Made by a program: the position numbers and the translations under genes
Shown here: piece by piece, positions 8,774 to 19,308 of the stretch
How the letters are laid out: each line of letters starts with the position of its first letter
Numbering within the stretch: the first letter of the stretch is position 1
Assembly (NCBI GenBank): GCA_963727825.1
Contig: CAVSHO010000001.1
Location: 96,001-160,000 of the forward strand
Direction: 5' to 3'
Length of the DNA: 64,000 nt
Source: Ignavibacteriota bacterium
GTDB taxonomy: Bacteria; Bacteroidota; Ignavibacteria; UBA10030
The notes under the pieces: model-generated
The model's input: the letters and a program-made list of their open reading frames with translations, nothing else
Told to the model about the DNA's origin: nothing
Databases searched by the model: none

Positions 8774-11700
8774 CTATTTCTTTTCAAGCACCTTTCTAAT
8801 CTTTGCGAGCACTTCTTCTATGATATAAGGCTTTTGTAGAAACCCCAGTACGCCGGCACTTTCCAATTTCGCCTTAACGTCCGGCTCAAAATATCCGCTG
8901 GCTAATATCATCTTTACTGCAGGGTTTATTTCTTTGAGTTTTTTAAATTCAGCTTCGCCCGATAGTTTTGGCAAGCCCATATCACTGATAACGAGTGCAA
9001 TCTCATGTGCATGCTGGTTATATATATCCACTGCTTCCATACCGTTCTTTGCCGTTAGAACAGTATAACCGTGTGATTCAAGAAGAAGTTGTACCATATC
9101 GAGCATCAAGTCTTCATCTTCTACAATAAGAAGGGTCTCGGTTCCACCGTGAACTAAACCTTCCTCCTTACCAGCTTCGAGTGTCGGAATGCTTTCCTTT
9201 GGAACTGGCAAATATAAATGGAAGGTCGTTCCGCTCCCGACTGTGCTTTCGACATCCACGAACCCATGATGAGCTTGAATAACACCATACACTACAGAAA
9301 GTCCCAATCCTGTTCCTTTGCCTTTCTCTTTTGTTGTGAAGAACGGGTCAAAAATTCTATTGCGAGTCGTTTCATCCATCCCCGTACCTGTATCAGATAC
9401 AGTTATGCAGATATATAGCTGTTCATTTGCCGCTGGGAAACGTTCAAGCAACTTATCACCTGCTGTCGTATCTGCAGTGATTGTTATAACACCTCCATTG
9501 GGCATAGCATCCCGCGCGTTAACGCATAGATTGAGCAATGTCTGATGGATTTGTGTGTGATCGGCATTGATCATCGGAAGCTGTTTTTCTATTTCTTTGT
9601 TGAATGTGATAATTTTTGGGAATGTCTGTTGCAGCATCGAAACAAGTTCTCGCGTAAGATCAGGAACGTCCAATGGTTCGAATGCAATTTCAGCTTTGCG
9701 GGCAAAAGTAAGAATTTGCCTGACCAGTGCTGCAGCACGATCGATTGTTTGTTTGATAGCGTTCACACTATCTGAAAATTTCTGTGGATTATCCTTTATC
9801 GAGGGAAGGATGGATGTGTATCCGAGAATGATTCCAAGAATATTATTGAAATCGTGCGCAATTCCGCCGGCGAGTGTGCCAATGCTAAGCATCTTTTGAG
9901 ATTGCACCAACTCTTGCTGAAGTTTCTTTTGTTCTGTAATGTCTTGGAAAACTTCCAGCATTGCCTTGCGTCCTTCGTACATCATACCAACATGACTGAT
10001 TTGGAAAGTTTTACCGCCTAAGACGCCCGTTGTTTCAATAACACCTGGTTTCCCAAATGATATTCCTCTCTTCAACGGACAGTCTTGGCATTGCTGGTTG
10101 TCGTCTTTGTACACCTGCCAGCAACACATATCTACCGCATCAACTGTAAGCATTTCCTTCATAGTATTACTGACAAAAAGAATATTTCCTTCTTCATCAA
10201 CAATGTTCATTCCGAATGGCATTGTCTGAATGAGCATGATCGTTAAAGGCATGCGTTTGACGAAGCGATTCTTCTGCCATCCGGCGTTGAGTGAGATCGG
10301 AGAAGAAAGCAATTGTGTGCTCACTCGTCAATACGAACGTAGACTCGATGTACTTCGTTGAGCCGTCCTTGCATGTGATGACGGATTCCATCGGTTGAGG
10401 TTCATGGTTTTCTCTTTGTGCCCATTCAATGGAAGTGCGCCAAGCTTCTTCAATCTGACTCCGATATTCTTCCCGCGGATATGCGATAGGCCACCATGCA
10501 CTCAAGGATGGTACATCAGCTTGTTCATACCCAAAGAGCTCAGTAAAACTATGGCTGACGTACTCAATGGTTTGATTCTTTCCGGAGAACACAGCATTAG
10601 CGACAGGTGAAAACTCTACTAATGTTTTAAAAAGTCCTTCACTTTGCACCAAAGCTTCTTCTACTTCTTTACGTTCTGTAATATCCTCGATCATAGCGAT
10701 AAAATGCAAAATCCGGTTACTATTATCACGAATAGCTGTAATAGTTGCTGCTCCCCAGACGGCTCGTTTGTCTTTTCGCATGTAGCGCTTCTCGGTATGA
10801 TAAATGGGAATATCTCCAACGGAAAGTTTTTTCATTGCTTCTGAGTCTTGCGTTATATATTCCGGATGTGTAATATCTTTGAAGGTGAGCGAAGTTAATT
10901 CATTTTCCTCATAATCCATCATTCTGCAAAAAGCTGCATTGGCTTTAATAAATTTAAAGTCTGTGCCAGAAGTCGCCATTCCGAGCGGGCCTTCTTCAAA
11001 TATTCTTCTGAAGCGCTCTTCACTTTCCTTCAAGAATTCTTCTGCACGCTTGCGATCGGTAATATCTATGACAATCCCGCTCAAGCCCACAGGTTTATTT
11101 TTCTGCATAATTCTATTTGCATAGAGAGCTGCTGGAAACGTACTGCCGTCTTTCTTGATTATTAAGTATTCTTGCTCTCCTATTTCTTCTCCATTCAAAC
11201 GCTTCCGCATATTCTCTAATGCTCTGTTTTTATCTTGCGGATCAAATATTTGAACAGCATTGAACCCTTTAGCAATATCATCTTCTGTGTATCCCGCAAT
11301 TGTAAATCCTTGACGATTGATGAATGTCACATTCCCCTTTTCATCTGTCTCAAAAATAATTTGTGGTAATAAAGTGGATAGATTTCTAAACCTCTCTTCG
11401 CTTTTACGTATTATCTCATCTGCTTGTTTGCGTTCAGTTATATCCCGAATAATGCTTTGATAGAATTTCTTTTCATCAACCTTAATAAATCGTGAACTGA
11501 TTTCAGCGGGGAATACTGTGCCGTCTTTTCGCCTGTGTTCTGCCTCATATATTAACCCGCCTCGCTCTTCAACCTGTCTCATTTGTTTTTCATCCTGAGA
11601 ACTAGTTTTTTGTGAAAGGAGATCGTAGATACGCAATTTTGCAAACTCTTCCCTTGTATAACCGTAAACCTTGCAGGCCTGGTCGTTTGCTTCTACGATC

Positions 11701-12806
11701 CATCCATCCATATTGACTAATAGGACACAGTCATTCGCATATTTAATGACGTAATCGAAGTGCTTCACGAGAGCTTGGCGTTCAACTTCCGCTGAATATT
11801 TATCATGATAGAATATGGAACGCTGATGCCGCCACCATGCCACTATAATGCCGCTGACTGCTAAGATAACAAGGAACGTTCCGATAGCGGCGATCCAAGC
11901 TTGTGAATAAAGAGATTCATAAACTTCTTCCTGGTCGCATTTTGCATTCATATACCAGGGAGAATCGGGAATATGTCTAATTGCCACGAGCACAGGAACA
12001 CCGCGATAATCAATACCTTCAACTATTCCTTCGATACCGCGGACCGCCATTGAAGCGGGGAGCTGTTTGTTAGAAATTGGCAAGCGTAACGTCAGCATCG
12101 TGTTTTTTTGATGACGAAGCTCATTTAAATAAACAATGCTCTCTCCATCTTGTTCAAGCAATAATGTCTCAGATGTGCGGCTTGGCTTCGGCCATGATTG
12201 GATAAGTTGAAAAAGAACTGCCTGCGGATTGATACGCAGCATTATCGCTCCAATTAGAGAGCTGTCATGTCGATCATGGAAAAAAAGAGGCACCATCAAA
12301 TCCATATGAGCAATAGGAAGCGGCCCTGATTTGTGTAAATCCGAGAGGATTGCTTTTCGTTGACGACTAACTTCTTGAAATAATGAACGAGCTAATGTAC
12401 CGACTGAATCACCATAGCGCGATACTGATAGACGGACTTTTCCCTTTGCGTCGAACAAGATGGAAGATTCATAACCAACTTCGGACTCAAATGATTTCAT
12501 TACTGCAAGAATTTCTTGTTTTCGATCCGTATTGGCTGAAGAATTTAAAAAATCCTTAACTGTTCGTAAGAGAGGTAGGTTGTTAAAAAGAAGGTCACCA
12601 TCTGCGATTCGTTCGCGGCGCCATTGAGTAATTTGGCTCACCTTTAAATCTGCTATGGCTGAGAGATCGTTTTGAGCTTCTAATTTAATGCTCTTCTTCT
12701 GTGCTTGATAGAAACGGTAACCGGCAAGAAGAGTACATGCCACTAAGAGCACAAAAACAATAAGGATGAACCAGTGGATTTTCCGGCGGGGTAGATGAAT
12801 TTTCAT
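8774..12806 (-). CDS. Membrane-bound hybrid sensor histidine kinase (Cache-like sensor, multiple PAS, HisKA, HATPase, REC); split by one frameshift near 10240
   Basis: Two TM helices, repeated PAS/PAC ends (RDITERK), [13 protein letters not shown]-box, DPFFTTK, GTGLGL, C-terminal receiver; ORFs 10197-12806 and 8774-10324 join if one base is removed. Confidence 0.85.
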
Positions 12807-12867
12807 GTGCCGAATCCTTTCTTAACGCTCAGTAGTCTTTCTAAAGTAATTTCAATATATAGCTTTT

Positions 12868-13960
12868 TCAATGATTCATTTTTCCATAATGATAATATGC
12901 CGCGCATGCACCCTCGGAAGAAACCATCGGAGCACCAAGAGGATGTTCCGGTGTGCATTGATTACCGAACGCCGAGCATTCGTGAGGTTTCTTTAAGTCC
13001 TTGCATTACTTGACCGGCAATGCACAGCGGCGATTCTTGCGTATGGATAGCTGCAAGATCAAACAAGTTCTCGGCGTCAAACGCGGAAAACTCATTGCGT
13101 AATCTGTAACCACTCTTCGGGATTGTTCCGATGCCCCGCCACGAGCGGTCTGTAGTCTTAAAAACTTTTTGTATTAATTCTCGTGCCGAACGATTGCCCT
13201 CTCGTCGAACCACTCGTGCGTATTGGTTCTCAACTTCTGCACGCCCTTCTTCAAGCTGTTTGACCGTCATTAAAATTCCTTGAAGAATATCGACTGGCTC
13301 AAAGCCTGTTACTACAATCGGTACGCTATACTTGGATGCGAGTGGAATATATTCTTCATATCCCATCACAGTACAGACATGTCCAGCCGCAAGAAATCCT
13401 TGAACACGATTTACAGGCGATGAAAGAATTGCCTCCGTTGCCGGCGGCACAAGAACATGCGAACAGAGAATAGAAAAATTCTTAAGATCGAGCCGTTTTG
13501 CCTGCAATACGGACATAGCATTTGCGGGAGCGGTAGTCTCGAATCCTACGGCAAAGAAAACAATTCTTTTATCAGGATTTTGCTGGGCAAGTTTCAATGC
13601 ATCGAGCGGCGAATAAACGATGCGCACGTCTCCGCCTGCTGCTTTTACGGTTAGCAAATCTTTTTCTGAACCGGGTACTCGAAGCATATCACCGAATGAC
13701 GTGAAAAGGACGTCCGAAAGTGACGCAATGGCGATAGCTTTGTCGATGAGTTCAAGTGGAGTAACACACACCGGACATCCGGGTCCGTGCACAAGTGTGA
13801 TATTGGAAGGAAGCAGACCATCAATCCCGGATTTAACGATGGTATGTGTCTGCCCACCGCAGATTTCCATGATTGTCCATGCGCGTGTTACAACATTGCG
13901 GATTTCTTTAATTAACTTTTCCGCTGAAACCGCATCACGATATTCATCAATATACTTCAT
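12868..13960 (-). CDS. hypD: Hydrogenase maturation protein HypD; apparent extra base near 12993
   Basis: [27 protein letters not shown]; conserved tail [33 protein letters not shown] lies in the shifted frame ending at 12868. Confidence 0.93.
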
Positions 13961-13996
13961 ACTAGTCTCTTGCTGCCGACTTCTTGAATAACGATT

Positions 13997-14233
13997 CTAT
14001 TCATTTTCAAGATCGTTCATTTCGTTTATCAGTTTGAGCGTTTCCTGCGCTTCCTCTTCATCCATCATACTGATGGCAAAGCCGACATGAACAATAACAT
14101 AATCGCCGATCTTCACCTCTGGCACAAGTTCGAGACAGACTTCCTTTTTTATACCACCGAAGCTTACTTTGCCCATAATTGGCGAAACAGCAGCATCGAT
14201 TTCTATGACTTTACCGGGAATTGCTAAACACAT
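13997..14233 (-). CDS. hypC: Hydrogenase assembly chaperone HypC
   Basis: MCLAIPGK N-terminus, GDYVIVHVGFAI. Confidence 0.95.
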   Translation of the reverse strand: MCLAIPGKVIEIDAAVSPIMGKVSFGGIKKEVCLELVPEVKIGDYVIVHVGFAISMMDEEEAQETLKLINEMNDLENE

Positions 14234-14343
14234 ATTGTTTCCTCTTTCCGTTTCAATTTTCAAATTCCTGAATCAACAATCAAGCTGTTTCTATAATTTT
14301 CTTAAATCTTGCAGAGCAAATCTAAAGTAGATCCAGGGAATCT

Positions 14344-16752
14344 TCACTTTTCTTTCCGATTCAAACGGAGAGCAGCATAAACTTGCCCCAAGGCAATTCC
14401 TCCATCATTTGGCGGAATGCGCTGATGCCAGTATGGGTGAAACCCTTCTTCACGTAACCGTTTTACACTGTGTTCAGTTAGATATTTATTCTGAAAGCAT
14501 CCGCCGGAAAGCACCACATGATTTTGTCTGATCTTCATTGCAACTGCTACGATTATTTCAACGAGCGTATTATGAAATTTTACAGAGATAATTGATTGAC
14601 TAATATGATCTTTCATATCTGTAAGAATTCCTTCGAAAATTGGCCGCCAGTCAACTTTTTTAAGATTTAGTGCTTCGTCAATTTCAAAGGGATAACATTC
14701 TTTGCTCTCCACACCTTGTGTCAAAAACTCCAACTCCATTGCTCCTTGACCCTCGTAATTTACGATCTGTCTTAATCCAATAAGCGATGCGACAGCATCA
14801 AAGAGTCTGCCTGCGCTTGTGGTAGCAGGCGTATTGACCTTCTTTACAAACATTTGTTTAAGCACATCAAGTTCCACTGACGTGAATGAAAGTACAGAAA
14901 TTAAATCGTCACGATGAAAAATATCCCCGCCAAATATTTCGTACAAAATACCAAGTGCAACGCGCCGCGGTTCTTTAATGGCTTTTTCTCCACCGGGTAA
15001 TCGAAAAGGATGGAAGGTGGCAATGCGCTCGAATGATGTGTCAGTTGTCAGTAGAAATTCGCCGCCCCAGATATTTCCATCGAGGCCATACCCTGTCCCA
15101 TCCCAGGAGACGCCAAGCAATTCGCCCTCCAATTGATTCTCCACCATACAAGAAGCTATATGTGCATAATGATGTTGGACTTCTATGAGTGGAATGCCGG
15201 TGTTTCGAGCAAACTTCGAAGATAGATAATCGGGATGAAGGTCGCAAACAATCTGCGCAGGCTTTACTTCGTACAGCGTTTGGAAATCTGTGATTACTCG
15301 ATGAAATGCATCTAACGATTCTTTCGTTTCTAAATCACCAATATACTGACTGATAAACACGTTGTCTTCAGATGTCAGCGCAACAGTGTTCTTGAGGTGT
15401 GCGCCAACTGCCAGTAGGGACACGCCATGGCGTGTCCCTACTACTGAGATGGGTAACGGTGCATATCCTCGTGCTCGGCGAAGTACTAACTCGCGTTCCA
15501 TTATAATACGAACAATAGAATCATCAATATGCCGCACAATCGGCCGGTTGTGAACAAGAAATATATCTGCAATGCCGTTAAGCCGATGAAGAGCTTCATA
15601 CTCATCGATACAAATCGGTTCGTCTGACAAATTACCACTTGTTGCGACAACCGGAGAACCAAGTTCTTTCATTAGGATGTGATGCAGCGGAGTGTATGGC
15701 AGCATCACACCAAGATATGGATTGTTGGGAGCAACAGAAGTTGAGATGGAAGATGGGAGATGATAATTAGACTGTCCCAATCTATTTTCATTCTGTCTTC
15801 TGCCTTCTGATTTCTGAATCCTTTTTAGCAACACAATCGGAGATTCCGGTGAAAGAAGAAGTCTCGTTTCAAATTCGTTAACTTCGCATTCTAATTTTAT
15901 TGCTTCTAATGAATGGAACATCAGCGCCAGCGGTTTCTCTTCCCGATGCTTCCTCTTGCGAAGACGGCGCACTGCTTCGTCATTGTGAGCATCAACCATC
16001 AAATGAAATCCGCCAAGCCCTTTGACGGCGACAATTTTACCGGCTCGAATCATTTCCACGGCTTGAAGTAACGAATCGTGTCTTTCAGCAATTACGGTTC
16101 CTTTGTCATTCCACAATTCTAATTTTGGCCCGCATACGGGACATGCATTTGGCTGGGCATGAAATCGGCGGTTGAGCGGATTTTCGTACTCTGCCTTACA
16201 CTCCGGACACATCTCAAATTTCTTCATTGATGTATTCGGTCGATCGTACGGTAATGCTTCAATAATAGAAAAGCGCGGTCCGCAGTTTGTGCAATTAGTA
16301 AAAGGATAAAGGTAGCGGCGATTTGATAAATCGAAGATATCTTTCAAACAGTCAAGACAGGTTGAGATATCGGGAAGAACCAGCGCAGACTTTGTTCCGG
16401 TAGAATCACTTTTACGAATCTCAAAAGACGTGAATCCCATTGAATCAAGAAATGAGAACTCTAAACTCTGGATAAATGCTCGTGGCGGAATTTCTTTTTG
16501 TATACGAAACAGAAAATGATTTAGAATGTCTTTTTCCCCTTCGACTTCAAGGAAGACACCTTGAGCAGAGTTCGATACCCAGCCCGGCAGGTTCATCTCT
16601 GTCGCCAATCGATAGACGAATGGCCGAAATCCTACGCCTTGCACCGCGCCGCGAATAACGACTCTCAGCCGCCCTCTTTCTGTTTTTTTTTGATTTCTTT
16701 CTTGCACTGCACTTACAAGGTGCAAAAAAATCTTGTGAGAATCAGTATGCAA
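14344..16752 (-). CDS. hypF: Carbamoyltransferase HypF (start uncertain; GTG 16707 possible)
   Basis: GAVQGVGFRPFV acylphosphatase domain, zinc fingers (NCTNCGPRF, CPVCGP), KGLGGFHL, VATSGN, QHHYAH, PPNDGGIALGQ. Confidence 0.96.
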   Translation of the reverse strand: MHTDSHKIFLHLVSAVQERNQKKTERGRLRVVIRGAVQGVGFRPFVYRLATEMNLPGWVSNSAQGVFLEVEGEKDILNHFLFRIQKEIPPRAFIQSLEFSFLDSMGFTSFEIRKSDSTGTKSALVLPDISTCLDCLKDIFDLSNRRYLYPFTNCTNCGPRFSIIEALPYDRPNTSMKKFEMCPECKAEYENPLNRRFHAQPNACPVCGPKLELWNDKGTVIAERHDSLLQAVEMIRAGKIVAVKGLGGFHLMVDAHNDEAVRRLRKRKHREEKPLALMFHSLEAIKLECEVNEFETRLLLSPESPIVLLKRIQKSEGRRQNENRLGQSNYHLPSSISTSVAPNNPYLGVMLPYTPLHHILMKELGSPVVATSGNLSDEPICIDEYEALHRLNGIADIFLVHNRPIVRHIDDSIVRIIMERELVLRRARGYAPLPISVVGTRHGVSLLAVGAHLKNTVALTSEDNVFISQYIGDLETKESLDAFHRVITDFQTLYEVKPAQIVCDLHPDYLSSKFARNTGIPLIEVQHHYAHIASCMVENQLEGELLGVSWDGTGYGLDGNIWGGEFLLTTDTSFERIATFHPFRLPGGEKAIKEPRRVALGILYEIFGGDIFHRDDLISVLSFTSVELDVLKQMFVKKVNTPATTSAGRLFDAVASLIGLRQIVNYEGQGAMELEFLTQGVESKECYPFEIDEALNLKKVDWRPIFEGILTDMKDHISQSIISVKFHNTLVEIIVAVAMKIRQNHVVLSGGCFQNKYLTEHSVKRLREEGFHPYWHQRIPPNDGGIALGQVYAALRLNRKEK
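15413..15442. repeat. Perfect 30-bp GTAG-type REP-like palindrome inside hypF
   Basis: AGTAGGGACACGCCATGGCGTGTCCCTACT equals its own reverse complement; read in frame within VVGTRHGVSLL. Confidence 0.85.
15743..15818. repeat. Opposed heptamer arrays inside hypF
   Basis: GAGATGG AAGATGG GAGATGA ... TTCTGTC TTCTGCC TTCTGAT TTCTGAA. Confidence 0.65.
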
Positions 16753-16817
16753 GAATTCTAAACCATCATCGTTATAAAGGTGTTTATTCTTTCCTAAAAA
16801 AGTATTTAATTAAAACG

Positions 16818-16991
16818 GTAATTACTCAGCAGGTTTTCTGTATCGTGGAAAATAATCCCTCTCCTCACAGGAGAGGGATAGGGTGAGGTCAAATAAAAGA
16901 AATGACCCCACCTGATCCTCCCCTATAGGAGAGGAAATTTTTTAAAAAACCCGATATATAAAAAGGTTAAAAGATGATACTGAGTAGTTAC
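16818..16991. mobile_element. MITE-like element containing a CCCTCTCC/GGAGAGGG REP doublet
   Basis: TIR GTAATTACTCAG / CTGAGTAGTTAC (11/12); flanks TTAAAACG 16810-16817 and TTAAAACA 16992-16999; internal 11-bp stem ATCCCTCTCCT-CAC-AGGAGAGGGAT. Confidence 0.65.
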
Positions 16992-17041
16992 TTAAAACAT
17001 ATTGTATCGAAAAGCATAAACACAAAGGAAAAGAATCAGGC

Positions 17042-18343
17042 ATGATTTGGAATGAATATATTGAATGCATGGATCGGGAACGGCTTGCAAAATTGCAGGG
17101 TGAACGACTCTCCGCAATGGTAGAAAAACTCTATTATAATGTGCCGTTCTATCGCCAAAAATTTCAGAAAAGCGGAATCGAACCAGGAGATATAAAAAAC
17201 GTCAACCAATTAAAAAATCTGCCTTTTACCATGAAGCAGGATTTGCGAGATAATTATCCCTTCGGTTTATTTGCAGTTCCGGCATCGGAAATTGTGCGCG
17301 TGCATGCCTCAAGCGGCACAACAGGGAAGCCGACTGTTGTGGGATATACGCGAAAGGATCTTGAAATTTGGTCTGAGGTCGTAGCCCGCACACTCACTTC
17401 AGCCGGAGGCGGTAAGAACGATGTATTGCATATTGCGTATGGCTATGGTTTGTTCACAGGTGGATTGGGTATCCATTATGGTGCAGAAAAAATTGGTGCA
17501 GCCGTCATTCCTGTTTCCGCCGGCAACACCCAGCGCCAATTACAATTGATGCAAGATCTTGGTTCCACAATCCTCGCCTGTACACCATCGTATGCTCTTC
17601 ATTTGGCAGAGGCAATTGCTGAAGCAGGTATATCGACAAATTCATTGAAGCTTAAAGCTGGAGTATTTGGAGCCGAGCCATGGACTGAAGAAATGCGTCG
17701 TGAAATTGAAGATAAATTGAAAATTAAGGCAATTGATATTTATGGATTAAGCGAGGTGATTGGACCAGGTGTTGCTTCTGAATGTATGTGTCAAAAAGGT
17801 CTGCATATTTTTGAAGACCATTTTATTCCGGAGGTAGTCGATCCGGAAACACTAGAAGTACTTCCCTATGGTCAGATGGGGGAATTGGTATTCACCTGTA
17901 TTACGAAGGAAGCGTTGCCATTGCTCCGATACCGCACACGTGATCTTACGGTATTGAATCCTGAAAAATGCGAGTGTGGACGTACACTTATGCGAATGAA
18001 AAAATGTCTCGGCCGTTCGGATGATATGCTGATTATCAGAGGAGTAAATGTTTTTCCATCGCAAATAGAAGCAGTGCTGCTCGAGATGAGCGAAACCAAA
18101 CCACATTACTTACTTATTGTTGATAGAGTAAATAACCTTGATGTTCTGGAAATATGGGTTGAAGTTGAAGGGCAATTCTTCTCTGATGAAATTAAAAAAC
18201 TGGAAGAACTTAAGAAAAAGGTACAACACAAGATTGAATCAACTTTAGGTATCAGTGCAATTGTAAAGTTAGTTGAACCAAAAACCATCGAACGCAGCGA
18301 AGGCAAAGCCAAAAGAGTAATAGATAAAAGAAAAATAAAATAG
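17042..18343 (+). CDS. paaK: Phenylacetate-CoA ligase
   Basis: [56 protein letters not shown]. Confidence 0.93.
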   Translation: MIWNEYIECMDRERLAKLQGERLSAMVEKLYYNVPFYRQKFQKSGIEPGDIKNVNQLKNLPFTMKQDLRDNYPFGLFAVPASEIVRVHASSGTTGKPTVVGYTRKDLEIWSEVVARTLTSAGGGKNDVLHIAYGYGLFTGGLGIHYGAEKIGAAVIPVSAGNTQRQLQLMQDLGSTILACTPSYALHLAEAIAEAGISTNSLKLKAGVFGAEPWTEEMRREIEDKLKIKAIDIYGLSEVIGPGVASECMCQKGLHIFEDHFIPEVVDPETLEVLPYGQMGELVFTCITKEALPLLRYRTRDLTVLNPEKCECGRTLMRMKKCLGRSDDMLIIRGVNVFPSQIEAVLLEMSETKPHYLLIVDRVNNLDVLEIWVEVEGQFFSDEIKKLEELKKKVQHKIESTLGISAIVKLVEPKTIERSEGKAKRVIDKRKIK

Positions 18344-18349
18344 GACGCT

Positions 18350-18775
18350 ATGATCATAAAACAACTTTCAGTATTTCTCGAAAATAAGTCGGGCCGACTG
18401 ACTGAAGTGACCGAAACATTAGCTTCAGCACAAATTAATATCTCTGCTTTCAGTATTGCCGATACCTCTGAATTCGGCATTCTGCGGATGATAGTTAGCA
18501 AGCCGGAAGCAGCGGAAGCTGCATTGAAGGCAAAGGGGATTTCTGTTCATATCACAGAAGTTGTCGCTGTCGTGGTTCCGCACAATCCTGGTGGTTTACA
18601 CAGGACATTAGAAATTCTTTCTTCCGAAGGAATTAGCGTAGAATATATGTACGCATTTGCTATGGGCGATCGTGCGACTGTGATCATTCGTACCGATGCA
18701 ATTCAACAGACCATTACAGTTTTACAGAAGCATAAAATGGAATTGCTCAAATCAAGCGACATCTATGAAATTTAA
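18350..18775 (+). CDS. Tandem ACT-domain amino-acid-binding protein
   Basis: KQLSVFLENKSGRL, ADTSEFGILR, VEYMYAF; usual partner of paaK in anaerobes. Confidence 0.88.
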   Translation: MIIKQLSVFLENKSGRLTEVTETLASAQINISAFSIADTSEFGILRMIVSKPEAAEAALKAKGISVHITEVVAVVVPHNPGGLHRTLEILSSEGISVEYMYAFAMGDRATVIIRTDAIQQTITVLQKHKMELLKSSDIYEI

Positions 18776-18858
18776 ATACTAAACTCCAAATGACAATAAA
18801 ACAAATCTCAAACAAGCTCCAACAAAAAAATATCAAATAATAAATCTGAAATCACAAC
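18774..18858 (+). repeat. Degenerate AAATNNN heptamer array, left flank of four-helix-bundle gene
   Basis: AAATACT AAACTCC AAATGAC ... AAATCTC ... AAATATC AAATAAT AAATCTG AAATCAC. Confidence 0.65.
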
Positions 18859-18868
18859 TAGTTTTCAA

Positions 18869-19228
18869 ATGGATAAAATCCAAATAAAAAAGCCATACGA
18901 TCTTGAAGAACGGACGCTCCAGTATACAAAAGACGTTATTTCTCTGGTTAGTAAGGCAACAAAGAATTTATCAAATATTGAAATCGCAAAACAATTGATT
19001 CGATCATCGGGATCAGTGGGAGCTAATTATATTGAGGCAAATGAATCTTTGGGAAAGAAAGACTTTGTGATGCATGCACGGATAGCTCGTAAGGAGGCAA
19101 AAGAAAATCGTTATTGGCTACAGTTAATGGAATGCAACGACTATTTGCAACCATTAAGAGATCAATTGACTCAAGAATCAACGGAATTATTGAAAATTCT
19201 TAGCAAGATCATTGAGAAATCAACTTGA
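18869..19228 (+). CDS. Four helix bundle protein (TIGR02436 / 23S rRNA-IVP / Avd-like)
   Basis: DLEERT, QLIRSSGSVGANYIEA, KEAKENRYWL. Confidence 0.9.
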   Translation: MDKIQIKKPYDLEERTLQYTKDVISLVSKATKNLSNIEIAKQLIRSSGSVGANYIEANESLGKKDFVMHARIARKEAKENRYWLQLMECNDYLQPLRDQLTQESTELLKILSKIIEKST

Positions 19229-19284
19229 TTCGGAATTTTGAGTTTGTTATTTGTTTGTGATTTGGGTGTTGATAATTGGAATTT
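19226..19284 (+). repeat. Degenerate NNNATTT heptamer array, right flank, complementary to 18774-18858
   Basis: GGAATTT TGAGTTT GTTATTT ... GTGATTT GGGTGTT GATAATT GGAATTT. Confidence 0.65.
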
Positions 19285-19308
19285 CAATTAAAGATATTGG
19301 ATAAGTTT

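Noticed and set aside
16702-16725. TGCAC...GTGCA symmetry near the hypF start as an operator
   Set aside because: Short and imperfect, possibly within coding sequence, and no second copy was found.
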